A stretch of DNA of 64,000 bases. Origin: a virus. The DNA is taken from positions 1-64,000 of IMG/VR virus record IMGVR_UViG_3300037585_001448; one strand, given 5' to 3'. The notes below the pieces were generated by a model. That model did not search any database. It saw only the letters and a program-made list of their open reading frames with translations, and was not told the origin of the DNA. Positions 38,023 through 48,443 of the stretch are shown piece by piece. The translations under genes were made by a program, and so were the position numbers. The number at the start of each line of letters is the position of its first letter. Position 1 is the first letter of the stretch.

Positions 38023-38493
38023 AAAGTTGCTGCCACCAGACTGGTCTATCAGGATCGTGTGTACCGCTGCGGTGTCATCCCACAGGCCCGAATCCACCGA
38101 AACGAGGTTGGCCTCGTCCCCAATCCCTGAGAGTATTAAACAGGTCGTGTTCTTGTTCGTGTTCGCATAGTCCAAGATGTCCCACACCACCCCCCCGAAG
38201 AGGGTGGCAAGGACGGCGTTCGCCCATCTCCCCGCATACATTTCAGAGTTCCCCGTAACGGCTTGGCCCAATGTGGTTGTGTCGTATCCCATCATTCGGT
38301 GAGCGGAGTAGTTGGACCCCGTATCACCGTTGAATCGAATCGCACCGTAAGACGGCTGGGAAGCATGGGTGTAGTCAGTTTTGGCGTTGATGCGGAGTTG
38401 CAGATGCTCGTACGTCGCAGGAATAGACGAGAACGTCACCGACGTAGCATTAGCCTCCAAATACGTTGTGGCGATTGCTTCGATCACAGCCAT
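37978..38493 (-). CDS. Tail-tip protein (cassette gene 4, phage B)
   Basis: Paralogue of 172-678. Confidence 0.65.
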   Translation of the reverse strand: MAVIEAIATTYLEANATSVTFSSIPATYEHLQLRINAKTDYTHASQPSYGAIRFNGDTGSNYSAHRMMGYDTTTLGQAVTGNSEMYAGRWANAVLATLFGGVVWDILDYANTNKNTTCLILSGIGDEANLVSVDSGLWDDTAAVHTILIDQSGGSNFLRGSEFTLYGLNSS

Positions 38494-39080
38494 CAGGCCA
38501 CCATCCTTGGGAGGATGCCGAACAGGTCGATGCGGGTGCCGATAGCGAAAGTTTCACCTGACCCGATCATGTCGATTTCGGAGATCGGTGCTTGTGACTT
38601 CCAAGTAGTCGCACTCAACCATGCTTGCCCGTTGCCGTCCATGTCGTTTGCGCTCTGGCTCACACTTGACTTGTATTTGCCGCTGTTGATGTCGAACAGA
38701 TGAGACACGGTGGCTGAGAAAACATTGGCGGTGTCACCGTTTCTGGGGGCGTAACCCAGATAAGCGGAGGTCGTAGTGCTTGCGTTCGGGAACAACGAAG
38801 GGGATGCCCCGTCGCAGTAGAAGATTTGATATGCGTAGTTGCTGGCGGTGTCGTTGTTGTATTGAGCGGCCAGATAGTCCCCGTAAGTGGCCCCAGTGGA
38901 GTACCGCACATACGAGATAATGACCAGATCCATGTATTGCGACCAGTCTCCGACCTGACCGTCATCGGTGGATGTGAACGTGATCTCCGAAGCAGTACCC
39001 GTCAGCGTCGTGGACGCCAAAGCGACCCATGCCTCACCGTCCGTGAGAACACCATCAACGATGTATGCGGGATCAGCCAT
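38493..39080 (-). CDS. Tail-tip protein (cassette gene 3, phage B)
   Basis: Paralogue of 678-1265. Confidence 0.65.
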   Translation of the reverse strand: MADPAYIVDGVLTDGEAWVALASTTLTGTASEITFTSTDDGQVGDWSQYMDLVIISYVRYSTGATYGDYLAAQYNNDTASNYAYQIFYCDGASPSLFPNASTTTSAYLGYAPRNGDTANVFSATVSHLFDINSGKYKSSVSQSANDMDGNGQAWLSATTWKSQAPISEIDMIGSGETFAIGTRIDLFGILPRMVA

Positions 39081-40045
39081 TAGACCGCATACCTGATGAT
39101 GACAATGCCCGCAGCACCGCCGCCCGCCTGTCCACCAACGCTACCGTCGCCCCCCTTGCCGCCACCGCCGCCGCCCGTATTCGGAACGCCGCTGTGGGCA
39201 GGCTCTGTTGTTCTTGTTGCATCGCCGCCGCCACCCTGACCGCCGCCTTGTCGGTCGGTTCCTGAGCCGCCCCCGCCACCCGCATAAGTCGGTGTCGTTG
39301 CGGTAATCCCATAACCTGCGGCACCAGCACCGCCGTCGCCTCCGTACTGGTTAGTCCCGCCGCCGTCGCTGCCCACACCCCCAGCGCCACCGCCTCCCCC
39401 AGCGGATTCTTTCGACACGTTATCGCCGCCGAGGCCACCGTCGTATCCTTGACGGGGCGGTCCTGCAACACCAGCCCCGCCAGCGTGTGTGGAATCTGCG
39501 GGACCGTTTGTGCCCCCGCCCCCGCCTGAACCGCCAGCCCCACCCGCATCGTAATCATGTCCACGACCACCACCCGTGCAGGTCACTCCTAAAGCGGAAC
39601 TGTTAGAACCCGCAACACCCGCAGCGTCGTCACCGCCCGCTCCACCCGCACCAACAGTGATGGTGTACGGGCTGGAAGCCACATCGACGGTAACAGCCGT
39701 ACTTGTCAACAGGCCCCCAGCGCCGCCGCCACCAGCGTTGTAGGTGGCTGAGGCACGCCCGCCTCCACCGCCGCCGCCTGCGACAATCAGATAATCGACA
39801 TCAGCCGAACCGCTGGCAACATAGAACTTGCCTGAACCACGGAACGTATGAACCCGATACGTCGTACCAGAATCCTCATACTGCGTGATGATCCCACCGA
39901 ACGCCGTCATAGGCGCAGCACCACCGAACAGGCCACCATTTAGCCAAGTAGACGTAGCCGTCGAAGGCCACGCCTTAGGCGTACTCCTGTTCCCCCGCCA
40001 GTTAGAAACAGCGGTGGACGGGTTCGTCCGGTCCTGACGGAACAT
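39080..40045 (-). CDS. Glycine-rich tail protein (cassette gene 2, phage B)
   Basis: First ~42 aa identical to 1265-2236. Confidence 0.7.
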   Translation of the reverse strand: MFRQDRTNPSTAVSNWRGNRSTPKAWPSTATSTWLNGGLFGGAAPMTAFGGIITQYEDSGTTYRVHTFRGSGKFYVASGSADVDYLIVAGGGGGGGRASATYNAGGGGAGGLLTSTAVTVDVASSPYTITVGAGGAGGDDAAGVAGSNSSALGVTCTGGGRGHDYDAGGAGGSGGGGGTNGPADSTHAGGAGVAGPPRQGYDGGLGGDNVSKESAGGGGGAGGVGSDGGGTNQYGGDGGAGAAGYGITATTPTYAGGGGGSGTDRQGGGQGGGGDATRTTEPAHSGVPNTGGGGGGKGGDGSVGGQAGGGAAGIVIIRYAV

Positions 40046-40048
40046 CTA

Positions 40049-40414
40049 TCAGGCGGTGATCTGGTTGACGTAGCCGTGAAGCGTGATGACGTTCGTCGTT
40101 CCAGCGAACGCCTTGACGATCAGCGCCGTCGAAGCGTTCCCCTTCAAGAGCAGCCCGGGCGCGACCAGAACCAGCCCGGCCTCCGTACCGATCGTCACTT
40201 CGATCAGATCGTTCGGCGACGTTGTGCCACCCCACTCCAATGTCAACTTGACATCAGCCGAGTGAGTGTTCATCGCGTACAACCAAATCTCGTCATACGT
40301 CGTCGCGGTGCCTGACCCGGTGTGGATCGTGGTCCCGGCGCTGCTGGTCGCAGCGACAAGCACCGCCCGCCCGTCCGTTGACCCTGACAGTTTGGTCTTT
40401 GCAAATGTTGCCAT
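40049..40414 (-). CDS. Tail fibre adaptor (cassette gene 1, phage B)
   Basis: Paralogue of 2240-2593. Confidence 0.6.
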   Translation of the reverse strand: MATFAKTKLSGSTDGRAVLVAATSSAGTTIHTGSGTATTYDEIWLYAMNTHSADVKLTLEWGGTTSPNDLIEVTIGTEAGLVLVAPGLLLKGNASTALIVKAFAGTTNVITLHGYVNQITA

Positions 40415-40423
40415 GTTGTTCTC

Positions 40424-41185
40424 CTAACCAGAGAATACTTGTCCGGCGAGAACGATGTTTGCATCCGTCCACGCTGTTGCTGGTGCGCTGTCTAAAGTGA
40501 GTGTCCCGATCGTAGCCGTATCGGTCACGGACAGATTGCCGTCATCGACTACGAGGGCATCCTGTCCGTCGGTGCCAGTAATGGTGAGAGATTCTGCACT
40601 TGAGTCCCAAACGCATTTATCTCCCGCCGTGTCTGAGAAAAGCGTTACGTCAACTCCCGACCCGTCAGAGCCGAAGGCCACAGCGGCGTCGATAGCGAGG
40701 TTCAACGTGGCTGCCCCGCTCGTCGCACCGCCCGACAGGTTCGTTCCCGCCACGACCGAAGTGATGTCACCCGCTGACACGACATCGGAGATCAACGCCT
40801 TCTTCGTAGCGTTGGAATCGTCAACGTCTGAGATCAGCATGTAGTCCGAGGTCGTCGCCGTCGCTGAGGTCGCCCCGTTCACATCCACGTTCACCGTGAC
40901 CGTGCCCGAAGTCCCACCACCCGACAAGGCCGTACCCGCCGTGACACCTGTGATGTCTCCGGCGAGATCAACCGCAACCCAAGAGGAACCGTTGTAATAC
41001 GACAACGTGTCAGCCGGAGTCGTCGTCGTGTACGCGAACATTCCATCGCTGGGGCTGGTCAGCGCAGCGTCACGGGCCGTAGCCGTAGCGAACACCATGA
41101 TGCTCTGTTGCATGACGTAGGTGTTCAGGTCCGATGCCGTTAGGACATCGCCTGTGCTCCATGTCTTGAAGCCTGCTCCGGCCAT
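40424..41185 (-). CDS. Siphovirus tail fibre/minor tail protein
   Basis: FKTWSTGDVLTASDLNTYVMQQ anchor; GDITxVxAG repeats. Confidence 0.7.
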   Translation of the reverse strand: MAGAGFKTWSTGDVLTASDLNTYVMQQSIMVFATATARDAALTSPSDGMFAYTTTTPADTLSYYNGSSWVAVDLAGDITGVTAGTALSGGGTSGTVTVNVDVNGATSATATTSDYMLISDVDDSNATKKALISDVVSAGDITSVVAGTNLSGGATSGAATLNLAIDAAVAFGSDGSGVDVTLFSDTAGDKCVWDSSAESLTITGTDGQDALVVDDGNLSVTDTATIGTLTLDSAPATAWTDANIVLAGQVFSG

Positions 41186-41213
41186 TAGTGCCTCCTGTCG
41201 GCTGAGACTATCA

Positions 41214-42449
41214 TCAGTACGAAAGCGCCGAGGTGCCTAGCACCCCTGAGGTCGCGCTGTCCAAGATGAACCCATCAAGGATCTTCTCTGCGGTCTGGAA
41301 CGTCGTTTTCCACGACGACGGGGTGATCGTATGTTCGATGCCCTGAACGGACAGGGTGCGGGTCACCGTGCCGCCGCCCGGCTGCGTTCGGGTGACCTGA
41401 ATCGGGTCGAACAGTTCGGTGTCCAACGCGGCGATCACCCGTGCGCTCGTGTCCTGATAGGCGTCAATCGTGATACTGCCGATGCGAAGTTCGGGGTCTT
41501 TGCGCTCGTTCAGGATCGCCTTGGCTTGAAGTAACGCATCTGCGTCGGAGTCCATGAGTAGCCCGGTGCGGGACAGGTCACGAAGGAAGAACGAGTTGAT
41601 CGAATCCGTGTCGCTGACATTCTGGGCGCTGCCCCCGGTGCGCTGAACCGTGACATCGTTAGCGAGGATCGTGTCGTCAATGTCGAAGTCGATTGACTCG
41701 TAGTAGATCCCCGACCCGGTGTCTACATACACCGTCGGTGACGCAGCGTGCGCTTTCACGATCGCGTTGCGGTCCATGAACTTGAGGACACCGTTCGTCT
41801 TGGTGAAGAACGCCCCCAACTCCGTGTCGGTGATTGTCTGGCACGCCGTCAACGTGTCGCGTGTCGTACCGGGGTCCGCTTGACAGGTTGTGAGGCCCGT
41901 TGAGAAGTCTCGGCTGGATGTCGGCCAACTGATCTCGTCCAGTATCTCCCCGAGCCGAATGCCGGTCGTGTCGCCCGCCGATGACCCGGCCACGTTCGTC
42001 ACGTTCGTCAGGTTCAGGATGCGGAACGCATCGGTCGCTACGAGGGTCACGAACGCAGCGTTCTCACCGGGCGTGTATGTGTAGTCCCACTCGTCAATGA
42101 ACCCCGAGTAAAGCGTGTAAAGCGTCCCCGAGTAGGTGGCGGTGACTTTCAACTGGCGCATCGGGAGGATCTTGTCGGCGTAGGTGCCGTTGTCAGGATC
42201 AAAGACCCCCGTTGTGTCCGTGAACGTCACCGTCGAACGGCCTGCCTCATGGCGGTCAAGGATTCGATCTCTGCCTCTAGCAATGTTCACCGTGTTCACG
42301 AGGCTCGTGATGTCCACCGGGAGGGTCGCCGCATCCGACAGAACACCCGTACCCAACGGAGACGCAGCGTCACCAAGCACAAGGTCAACACCGAACGACG
42401 GCGACGCCGTGAACCGAACCGACACAGCCAGCGTCGCAGCAGCAGCCAT
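41214..42449 (-). CDS. Minor tail / baseplate hub protein
   Basis: Immediately after the tape measure; IARGR..FDP and FILDSATSGVLG. Confidence 0.7.
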   Translation of the reverse strand: MAAAATLAVSVRFTASPSFGVDLVLGDAASPLGTGVLSDAATLPVDITSLVNTVNIARGRDRILDRHEAGRSTVTFTDTTGVFDPDNGTYADKILPMRQLKVTATYSGTLYTLYSGFIDEWDYTYTPGENAAFVTLVATDAFRILNLTNVTNVAGSSAGDTTGIRLGEILDEISWPTSSRDFSTGLTTCQADPGTTRDTLTACQTITDTELGAFFTKTNGVLKFMDRNAIVKAHAASPTVYVDTGSGIYYESIDFDIDDTILANDVTVQRTGGSAQNVSDTDSINSFFLRDLSRTGLLMDSDADALLQAKAILNERKDPELRIGSITIDAYQDTSARVIAALDTELFDPIQVTRTQPGGGTVTRTLSVQGIEHTITPSSWKTTFQTAEKILDGFILDSATSGVLGTSALSY

Positions 42450-45400
42450 TACAACACCACCGCCCTACCGGCCTGCTGCGACCTGAGAAGCCCCCGTCGG
42501 ATCGACTCCACAAGGTCACGTTCCGACGCCACCGACCCTTCGACGTTGACAGTGATGTACGTCGCACCGCCACGCGGTGAGATCGTTTCTCCGGCGTGGA
42601 CGTTGACCAGACCGGCGCTCTTGACGAAGCCACCCTTGGCAGCAGAAGGGACGCCGAACATATCTTCCAAAATCTTGGCCGCATCATCCGCACCCAACTC
42701 CCCAGCGCCAAAAGCCGAGAAGGCACCAACCCCCAACGCAACCTCATTGACGGCGTTGAGGATGGCGTTCTTCCCGATGGCGTCTTGACCGGCGTAGTGG
42801 GCCGACTGCTGGATGTCGGAGAACCAGTCTCGGTACTCCTTGGGCTGCTGGCTAAGTGTGTTCAACCATTCGGATTCCAGACCGATACCACCCTGCGAAG
42901 GCCCAGCAAAGTTAGTCGTTCCACCACCACCCGTAGCACCACCACCACCACCGGTAGTGCCACCGCCTGCGGTGGCTGCGTCGTTGATCTTGTCTTTGAG
43001 GTCGGCGAAAGCGCCGCCTGCGTCATAGATCAGGTCGGTCAACTCACGCCAAAGGTCGTTCTGCGCTGACTGTGCTGCGTTGACTTCATCTTGGACACGC
43101 TGCAACCGAACCTCAGCGTATTCCTGCTGCTGGGTTGCCGCTTCCAGAGCCGACTGCGCTTCCGTTTGCCGTGCCAGAGCGGCGGTCTTCTCTTCCTCAG
43201 CGTCCGTCAACGCCTTCGTGATCTGCGCCCTTTCCGTATCCAGCGCAGCGGATTCCTCACCCAACTTGAGGAGGTCATCTTCCAACCCTGCCTCAACCAC
43301 CCTGATGCGGTTCAGTTCCTTCGTTCGGGCAGACTCAAAGTCTGTCGCCTCAGCCTCAGCCAACTTCGCCAACCGCAGATCCTCGGTAGCGATCGCCAAC
43401 TTGAGGCTGATGTTCTCCTGTTCCTTCTGCAACACCGCGGCCTCGGTACGCACCTCGTTGAGTGCCCTCTGCGCGGCTCGTAGTTCGTCAGATCCGCTGC
43501 GGGCCTCAGCCATCGCCCGGTCGTAGTCCTGCGTCGCCGACATGAGAGCAAGGACATCGACTTCGCCGTCCTCGTACTCCTGTTCGACCTTCCGCAACTG
43601 GGCTTCCAACCGTTGCAGCGTTTTGGCTTCCCTGACAGTCAGGTCCATCAACCCGGCGTCCTCACCAGAGATGAGGTTCATGTCGATAAGCGCCTGCTCA
43701 ACATCGTTGATGGCTGCCTGCTGTGTCTGCAACGCAGCGACGTTCGCTTCGGCGCTCGTTACGTCAACTACCGCGTCGCGGGTGCCTTCCAGTTCCTTGA
43801 CCTTTTCGGCCAGTGTGATCGTCGCCAGTTTCGCTTTGTTGAGGTTGTGGGCCAGCGACGCCGCGAACTCTGTGTTGTCCAACGCGTACTTGGCACGTTC
43901 CGCATCCAACGCGGTGATCTCCGCGGTGACATCGGCTATCTCATCAACAATGGCTAGTTGCCGGGCGACAATCTCAACGTCGCGGGCATCAAGGGCGGCG
44001 ATCTCTTCCTTGAGACGCAACTGGTCGCTGATCGCTTCGTCACGGTCCCGTTCAGCGTCGGCGATGTGACGAACAGTGTCAGCGACATCTTGGTGGGCGT
44101 CACGCAGGTCGTTGGCGAGTCGCAGGGCGTCACGTTCAAGGTCGGCTTGTTCCTGCAACAAGCGGATACGTTCATTTTCGGCGTCGATCACAGCCTGAGC
44201 CGCGTCGGCTACCCCCTTGCGGTAAGTGGCCTCCCTTGCTGTTTCTCTCCCCGCCTTGAAGTCAGCCCCCATCGAATACAACTTGGCGTCACCCGCATCC
44301 GAGTACGCCTGAGCAACCCCACGCACCTCGGCTGCTTCTGCCGCTGCCGCTTCGGCAGCCTCAGTCATTCCCGAAGCCAGCATCGTGACGACGCCAACCG
44401 CCCGCTGCCGAACCACGTTCGCTTCACGGGTGGCAAGAACGTCGTCCCAAGTCCGTTCGGTTTCTTCCTCTACAGCAGCAGCCACCCCCAACCCGGCTTC
44501 ACGCAACCGGTTTTCCACACCAACAGCCTGATCCTGAGCAGCGGCGAGTTCTTCCGTGATTGCTGTCAGTCGCGCCTGCCGCGTCTCCAACGACCGGGTG
44601 TAAGCGATCACCATTTCCAACGCCTCTGCGTGCTTGCCCTCAGCAACAAGGTTGTCAACGGTTGCCCTCTGGCCTGCGTTCAGGGCGTCCGAGTAAGCAA
44701 GCACATTCGCGGCGCTCTCGAAGTATTGCTCGGCAGTCTTCTCCTGAGCCGCCCGATCGTCGTCGTAGGCGTCAGCGGTCTTATCCAACGAAATCAGGAT
44801 GTTCTTGAGACCTTGGTTGGAAAGTTTGCCCTGTCGCATCGCTTCGATTACTGCGTCGGTGTCTTCACCTAGGACATCCCGGTGGGCTTCCAAAACCCTG
44901 ATGTTGTTTTCCTCATGGCCCTTCATGGTGACGATCGACCCGGCGAGGTCTTGGTAGGCGTCGGACCCTGCCGCGGTCATCGCGTTGTGGTGTTCCATGT
45001 CGGTGATGTAGGTATCGAAGACGGCTTTGACATCCCGACCGATGAGTTCCTGCATCAACACCATGCGCCCGTTGAACTGCTCAACCTCTTCGTCGGCGTC
45101 TCCGGTTACGTCAGCGAGTGCTTTGAGGCGTGCCGTCAACTCGTCAACATCGGTGGTGAGGATCGTGGATGCTTCACCCGTGTCGATCATTTCTTCGCGC
45201 AGCAACTTCATGCGGTCCTGATCGCGTTGCGCTTCCTCACGGTTCGCTTTCAACGCCAAGAACAAGCCGCCACCGATAATCGCTGCCGCCCCAACAGCGG
45301 CAAACCCGAGGCCACCTGTAGACATCCCCAGTTTCGCAGCGAGCGTGCCAATGCCCTTCGCCATGCCGCCGCCGCCGGTAATCATCCCGGTGACACCATC

Positions 45401-46642
45401 ACCAACCTTCTTCAACGCCCCAAGGCCACGGGCGACGCTGCCGATCCCTATGAGCGCCGGGCCAGCAGCCGCGGCTATCCCCGTAAGGGCAATCACCATC
45501 TTCTGCATGAACGGCGACAGGTTGTTGAACTTGTCAGCGAGATCCTTGATGAACGCAGCCAACTTCTGGATCAACGGAACGACTATCGGGATCAACTTCT
45601 GCCCGAGGTCGATCATCACGATTTTCAGGTCGTTCATCGCCTGTTGCATCTTGAACCCGGCGGTGTCCTCAACCGCTGCCATGCCCCGATTCAACGTCCC
45701 CGCCGAACGGGTCATCTCGTCCATGACACCAGCAGCCTCAGCAGCAGCCGTCCCGGTCAACTGGAGCGCACCCGCTAACGCCTCGGAGTCCTCAAAGACG
45801 GCCCCCATTTCCTTGCCGTTGGCTTCCAACTGGGTACGCATATCCATCAGAGCGCCCAACAGGTCTTCATCGGCTGCCGACCGGAGGTCTTCGACACTCA
45901 GGCCGACATCTTCAAGCGTTTGGCGTGCCATCTGAGACGGCTTGATGAGGGTACGAAGGATGCCCCGCAACGAACTCGTTGACTGCGAAGCGTTACCTGA
46001 CGCTCTGGTCAGGAAAGCCAACCCGCCACCAACCTGATCGAACGAGATACCCAACTCGGCTGCCATCGGGATCAAGCGACCAAACTGTGGGGCGAGGTCT
46101 TCGGCAGATGCCTTGCCCTGCTCAACGGTCTTGGCGAGAACGTCGGTGGCTTCGGCTGCGGAGATGTTCGCCGCCCCGTAGCCGTTGATAGCGTTCGTGA
46201 CCGCATCAGCGATCACCTCGGCGTCGCCCATCCCGATCGCTGCGGCTTTCGCTGAGGCTTCCAACGCCTCAACTGCGGTTGCCCCCCGGAGGCCAGCCGA
46301 AGTGATGAAGAACATTGCGTCGGCAAGTTCCCTCGGTGCCTGCGCTGTTTCCCCCGCCAACCGCAGGACATCTTGCTCAAAGCCCTTGACGGTCTCAGCG
46401 GACAAGCCGACCATGCTTTGGATCTTCGTCATCGAAGTCTCAAAGTCGGACGCTGCTTTGATGGCCCCCGCTGCCGCGCCCGCAATGGGCATCGTCAACG
46501 CCATCGTCATCTTCGTTCCGGCCTTCTGGGCCGACGTACCAAACTTGGTGAGTTTGGACTCAGATTCTTTCAGCGCGGAACTAAAGTTCTTCGCGTCAAG
46601 GCGAAGGCTGGCTACGAGTTCAGCAACCTTCGTCCCTGCCAT
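42449..46642 (-). CDS. Tape measure protein (TP901-like)
   Basis: 1397 aa, Ala-rich helical, hydrophobic middle, long coiled coil. Confidence 0.9.
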   Translation of the reverse strand: MAGTKVAELVASLRLDAKNFSSALKESESKLTKFGTSAQKAGTKMTMALTMPIAGAAAGAIKAASDFETSMTKIQSMVGLSAETVKGFEQDVLRLAGETAQAPRELADAMFFITSAGLRGATAVEALEASAKAAAIGMGDAEVIADAVTNAINGYGAANISAAEATDVLAKTVEQGKASAEDLAPQFGRLIPMAAELGISFDQVGGGLAFLTRASGNASQSTSSLRGILRTLIKPSQMARQTLEDVGLSVEDLRSAADEDLLGALMDMRTQLEANGKEMGAVFEDSEALAGALQLTGTAAAEAAGVMDEMTRSAGTLNRGMAAVEDTAGFKMQQAMNDLKIVMIDLGQKLIPIVVPLIQKLAAFIKDLADKFNNLSPFMQKMVIALTGIAAAAGPALIGIGSVARGLGALKKVGDGVTGMITGGGGMAKGIGTLAAKLGMSTGGLGFAAVGAAAIIGGGLFLALKANREEAQRDQDRMKLLREEMIDTGEASTILTTDVDELTARLKALADVTGDADEEVEQFNGRMVLMQELIGRDVKAVFDTYITDMEHHNAMTAAGSDAYQDLAGSIVTMKGHEENNIRVLEAHRDVLGEDTDAVIEAMRQGKLSNQGLKNILISLDKTADAYDDDRAAQEKTAEQYFESAANVLAYSDALNAGQRATVDNLVAEGKHAEALEMVIAYTRSLETRQARLTAITEELAAAQDQAVGVENRLREAGLGVAAAVEEETERTWDDVLATREANVVRQRAVGVVTMLASGMTEAAEAAAAEAAEVRGVAQAYSDAGDAKLYSMGADFKAGRETAREATYRKGVADAAQAVIDAENERIRLLQEQADLERDALRLANDLRDAHQDVADTVRHIADAERDRDEAISDQLRLKEEIAALDARDVEIVARQLAIVDEIADVTAEITALDAERAKYALDNTEFAASLAHNLNKAKLATITLAEKVKELEGTRDAVVDVTSAEANVAALQTQQAAINDVEQALIDMNLISGEDAGLMDLTVREAKTLQRLEAQLRKVEQEYEDGEVDVLALMSATQDYDRAMAEARSGSDELRAAQRALNEVRTEAAVLQKEQENISLKLAIATEDLRLAKLAEAEATDFESARTKELNRIRVVEAGLEDDLLKLGEESAALDTERAQITKALTDAEEEKTAALARQTEAQSALEAATQQQEYAEVRLQRVQDEVNAAQSAQNDLWRELTDLIYDAGGAFADLKDKINDAATAGGGTTGGGGGATGGGGTTNFAGPSQGGIGLESEWLNTLSQQPKEYRDWFSDIQQSAHYAGQDAIGKNAILNAVNEVALGVGAFSAFGAGELGADDAAKILEDMFGVPSAAKGGFVKSAGLVNVHAGETISPRGGATYITVNVEGSVASERDLVESIRRGLLRSQQAGRAVVL

Positions 46643-46646
46643 GCCT

Positions 46647-47233
46647 CTACCGCCTCACTCTGGATCGGTTGCTCGCCATCTGGCGGCTCTGCTTCGATTC
46701 TTCCGCTTCGATCTGAACCAACGCGACCCATTCCGTCATCTCAGCCGACGACATGCGATCTAGGAGTTCGCCTACCGTCATGCTGAGTTCACGGGCTAGT
46801 CGGAAGTAGAAGCGTCGCTCAGGGTTGAGTCGTCCACGGCTGTCGGGGAAGCCGAGGAATCTTTTCCCGCTTCGTCCACCGCCGTTTCTGACAATCCTGA
46901 CGCCGCCATACAAGCGTTGGCTAGGTCATTGACGATTCGTGCGTTGCGCTCAAACAGCCACTCTTGGTCGCCTTCCTCAAAGACCAGTTCACCGGATTCC
47001 GGGTCGTAACAGGTCTGAGAGATGACATGCCACCACATGCCTTCGATCCGGTCAGGATCGTTGACGTTGGTGGAACCATCAGGGTTGGCAATCTCCGCGA
47101 CAAACCGGGCGCGTGCCCGTGCGGTGATCGAACGAATCTCAACGGTGACACCCCACTCAGGGATCTCATAATCTTCGGTGCTGCTGTCGTCAGCAGCCTG
47201 AATCTTCTCGCTCAACTTGGACACGATGGTCAC
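46647..47233 (-). CDS. Tail assembly chaperone G/GT with -1 programmed frameshift
   Basis: Slippery G GGA AAA at 46869-46863 joins ORF 46796-47233 to the -1 frame GKRFL..LARELSMTV..SSAEMTEW. Confidence 0.8.
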
Positions 47234-47255
47234 TCCTCTTGTTGTGGGTTATTGC

Positions 47256-47663
47256 TTAGAACGTGGTGCGGGTTACCCCACCTGTGCATTGCAGGTCGAT
47301 GCTGTATGTCACAACGTCGCCGACCGGGTTGCTGACGGAGTAGTTGGTGAGAATACATTCGCCCGTGTATTTGACGTAGCCGGAAGTGCTGCCCGCCGGG
47401 CCAAAGATGAACGTCCGGGTCGCAGGCTCCGTGCCGATGATGTAACCGTCAATGGTTGCATCCCACAGGCCGCTCACCGAAATCGTCGCATCGCGAAGAC
47501 CAACGATGTACGACTTGGAGGTCGAACCGAAAGCCGTCGTTTCGGCTGTGTCGATCGTTTCGGGAAAGTCAACACTGGTGAGAGTGTCAGAAATGTCGCG
47601 GCTGGTACCACCTGTGTCGTCAAGCGAGAAGTTGGTTGCCTTGCCGTGTACGAAGGTTGGCAT
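47256..47663 (-). CDS. Major tail tube protein
   Basis: ETTAFG..YIVGLRDATISVSG; directly upstream of the chaperone gene. Confidence 0.75.
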   Translation of the reverse strand: MPTFVHGKATNFSLDDTGGTSRDISDTLTSVDFPETIDTAETTAFGSTSKSYIVGLRDATISVSGLWDATIDGYIIGTEPATRTFIFGPAGSTSGYVKYTGECILTNYSVSNPVGDVVTYSIDLQCTGGVTRTTF

Positions 47664-47675
47664 TGTTTGGTCCTC

Positions 47676-48443
47676 CTAGAACCTAGCGAAACTCACCATG
47701 AAGGTGATTGAACCGGATGACCCGGCACTGGTAGCGGTCGCTCGGACGTACCGGTTCACGGTCCCCGAGCAAACCACCATCTCCGATGTCTTGGCTCCTG
47801 CCCCGACAGCGGTGAATGAGATGAGATCGGCAGCCGACCCAAAGTCAGAAGCCGAATCATGTTGAACTTTGATAGTTGTGACGCCCCCGCCGACGCTGTT
47901 GACGGGAACGTGGAGCAGCGCGGCCCCGCCTGCGGTAGAGGCTGCCGAGCCGTCCACACCGGTCAACGCACCAAGGGCGTTGTAGTCGATCGACGTAGCC
48001 GTGGTCAACTGAACGCCTGCGGTGATCCCGTAGGTCATCGTCCCCAGCGTTCCAGAGTTGCTGGTGCCTTGAAAGTCGGCGGTGACCGTCGATACGTCTG
48101 CGACCGGGTTAGAGATCGCGTAGTTGGTTTCGTGAGTTCTGGCGATCGTGGCCCGGTTGCCGATCGTCCCGCCAGCCTCAGCAATCGTGATATTCGGTGC
48201 GGTCGCTGAACCGAGGATCGCTTGGAGTTCTTCATCAGAGCCGTCGGTGTCAGCGGTCCACATCCCGCTCATTGAAAGTGTGCCGTCGGCCAACCCCAAA
48301 ATGTACGCCTTTGAGGAATCGCCAAACGAAGTCACCTCCGCTGTCTCGTTCGTGAGCGTCACATCAGCGGTGTTGAAGTACGGCGTCATCACGAACTCGT
48401 CCAGATAAACGTCGGTGCCTTTCCCATGTACGAACGTGGGCAT
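47676..48443 (-). CDS. Tail-tube paralogue with extra C-terminal beta domain
   Basis: Same MPTFVHGK start and EVTSFG..YILGLADG motif. Confidence 0.65.
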   Translation of the reverse strand: MPTFVHGKGTDVYLDEFVMTPYFNTADVTLTNETAEVTSFGDSSKAYILGLADGTLSMSGMWTADTDGSDEELQAILGSATAPNITIAEAGGTIGNRATIARTHETNYAISNPVADVSTVTADFQGTSNSGTLGTMTYGITAGVQLTTATSIDYNALGALTGVDGSAASTAGGAALLHVPVNSVGGGVTTIKVQHDSASDFGSAADLISFTAVGAGAKTSEMVVCSGTVNRYVRATATSAGSSGSITFMVSFARF

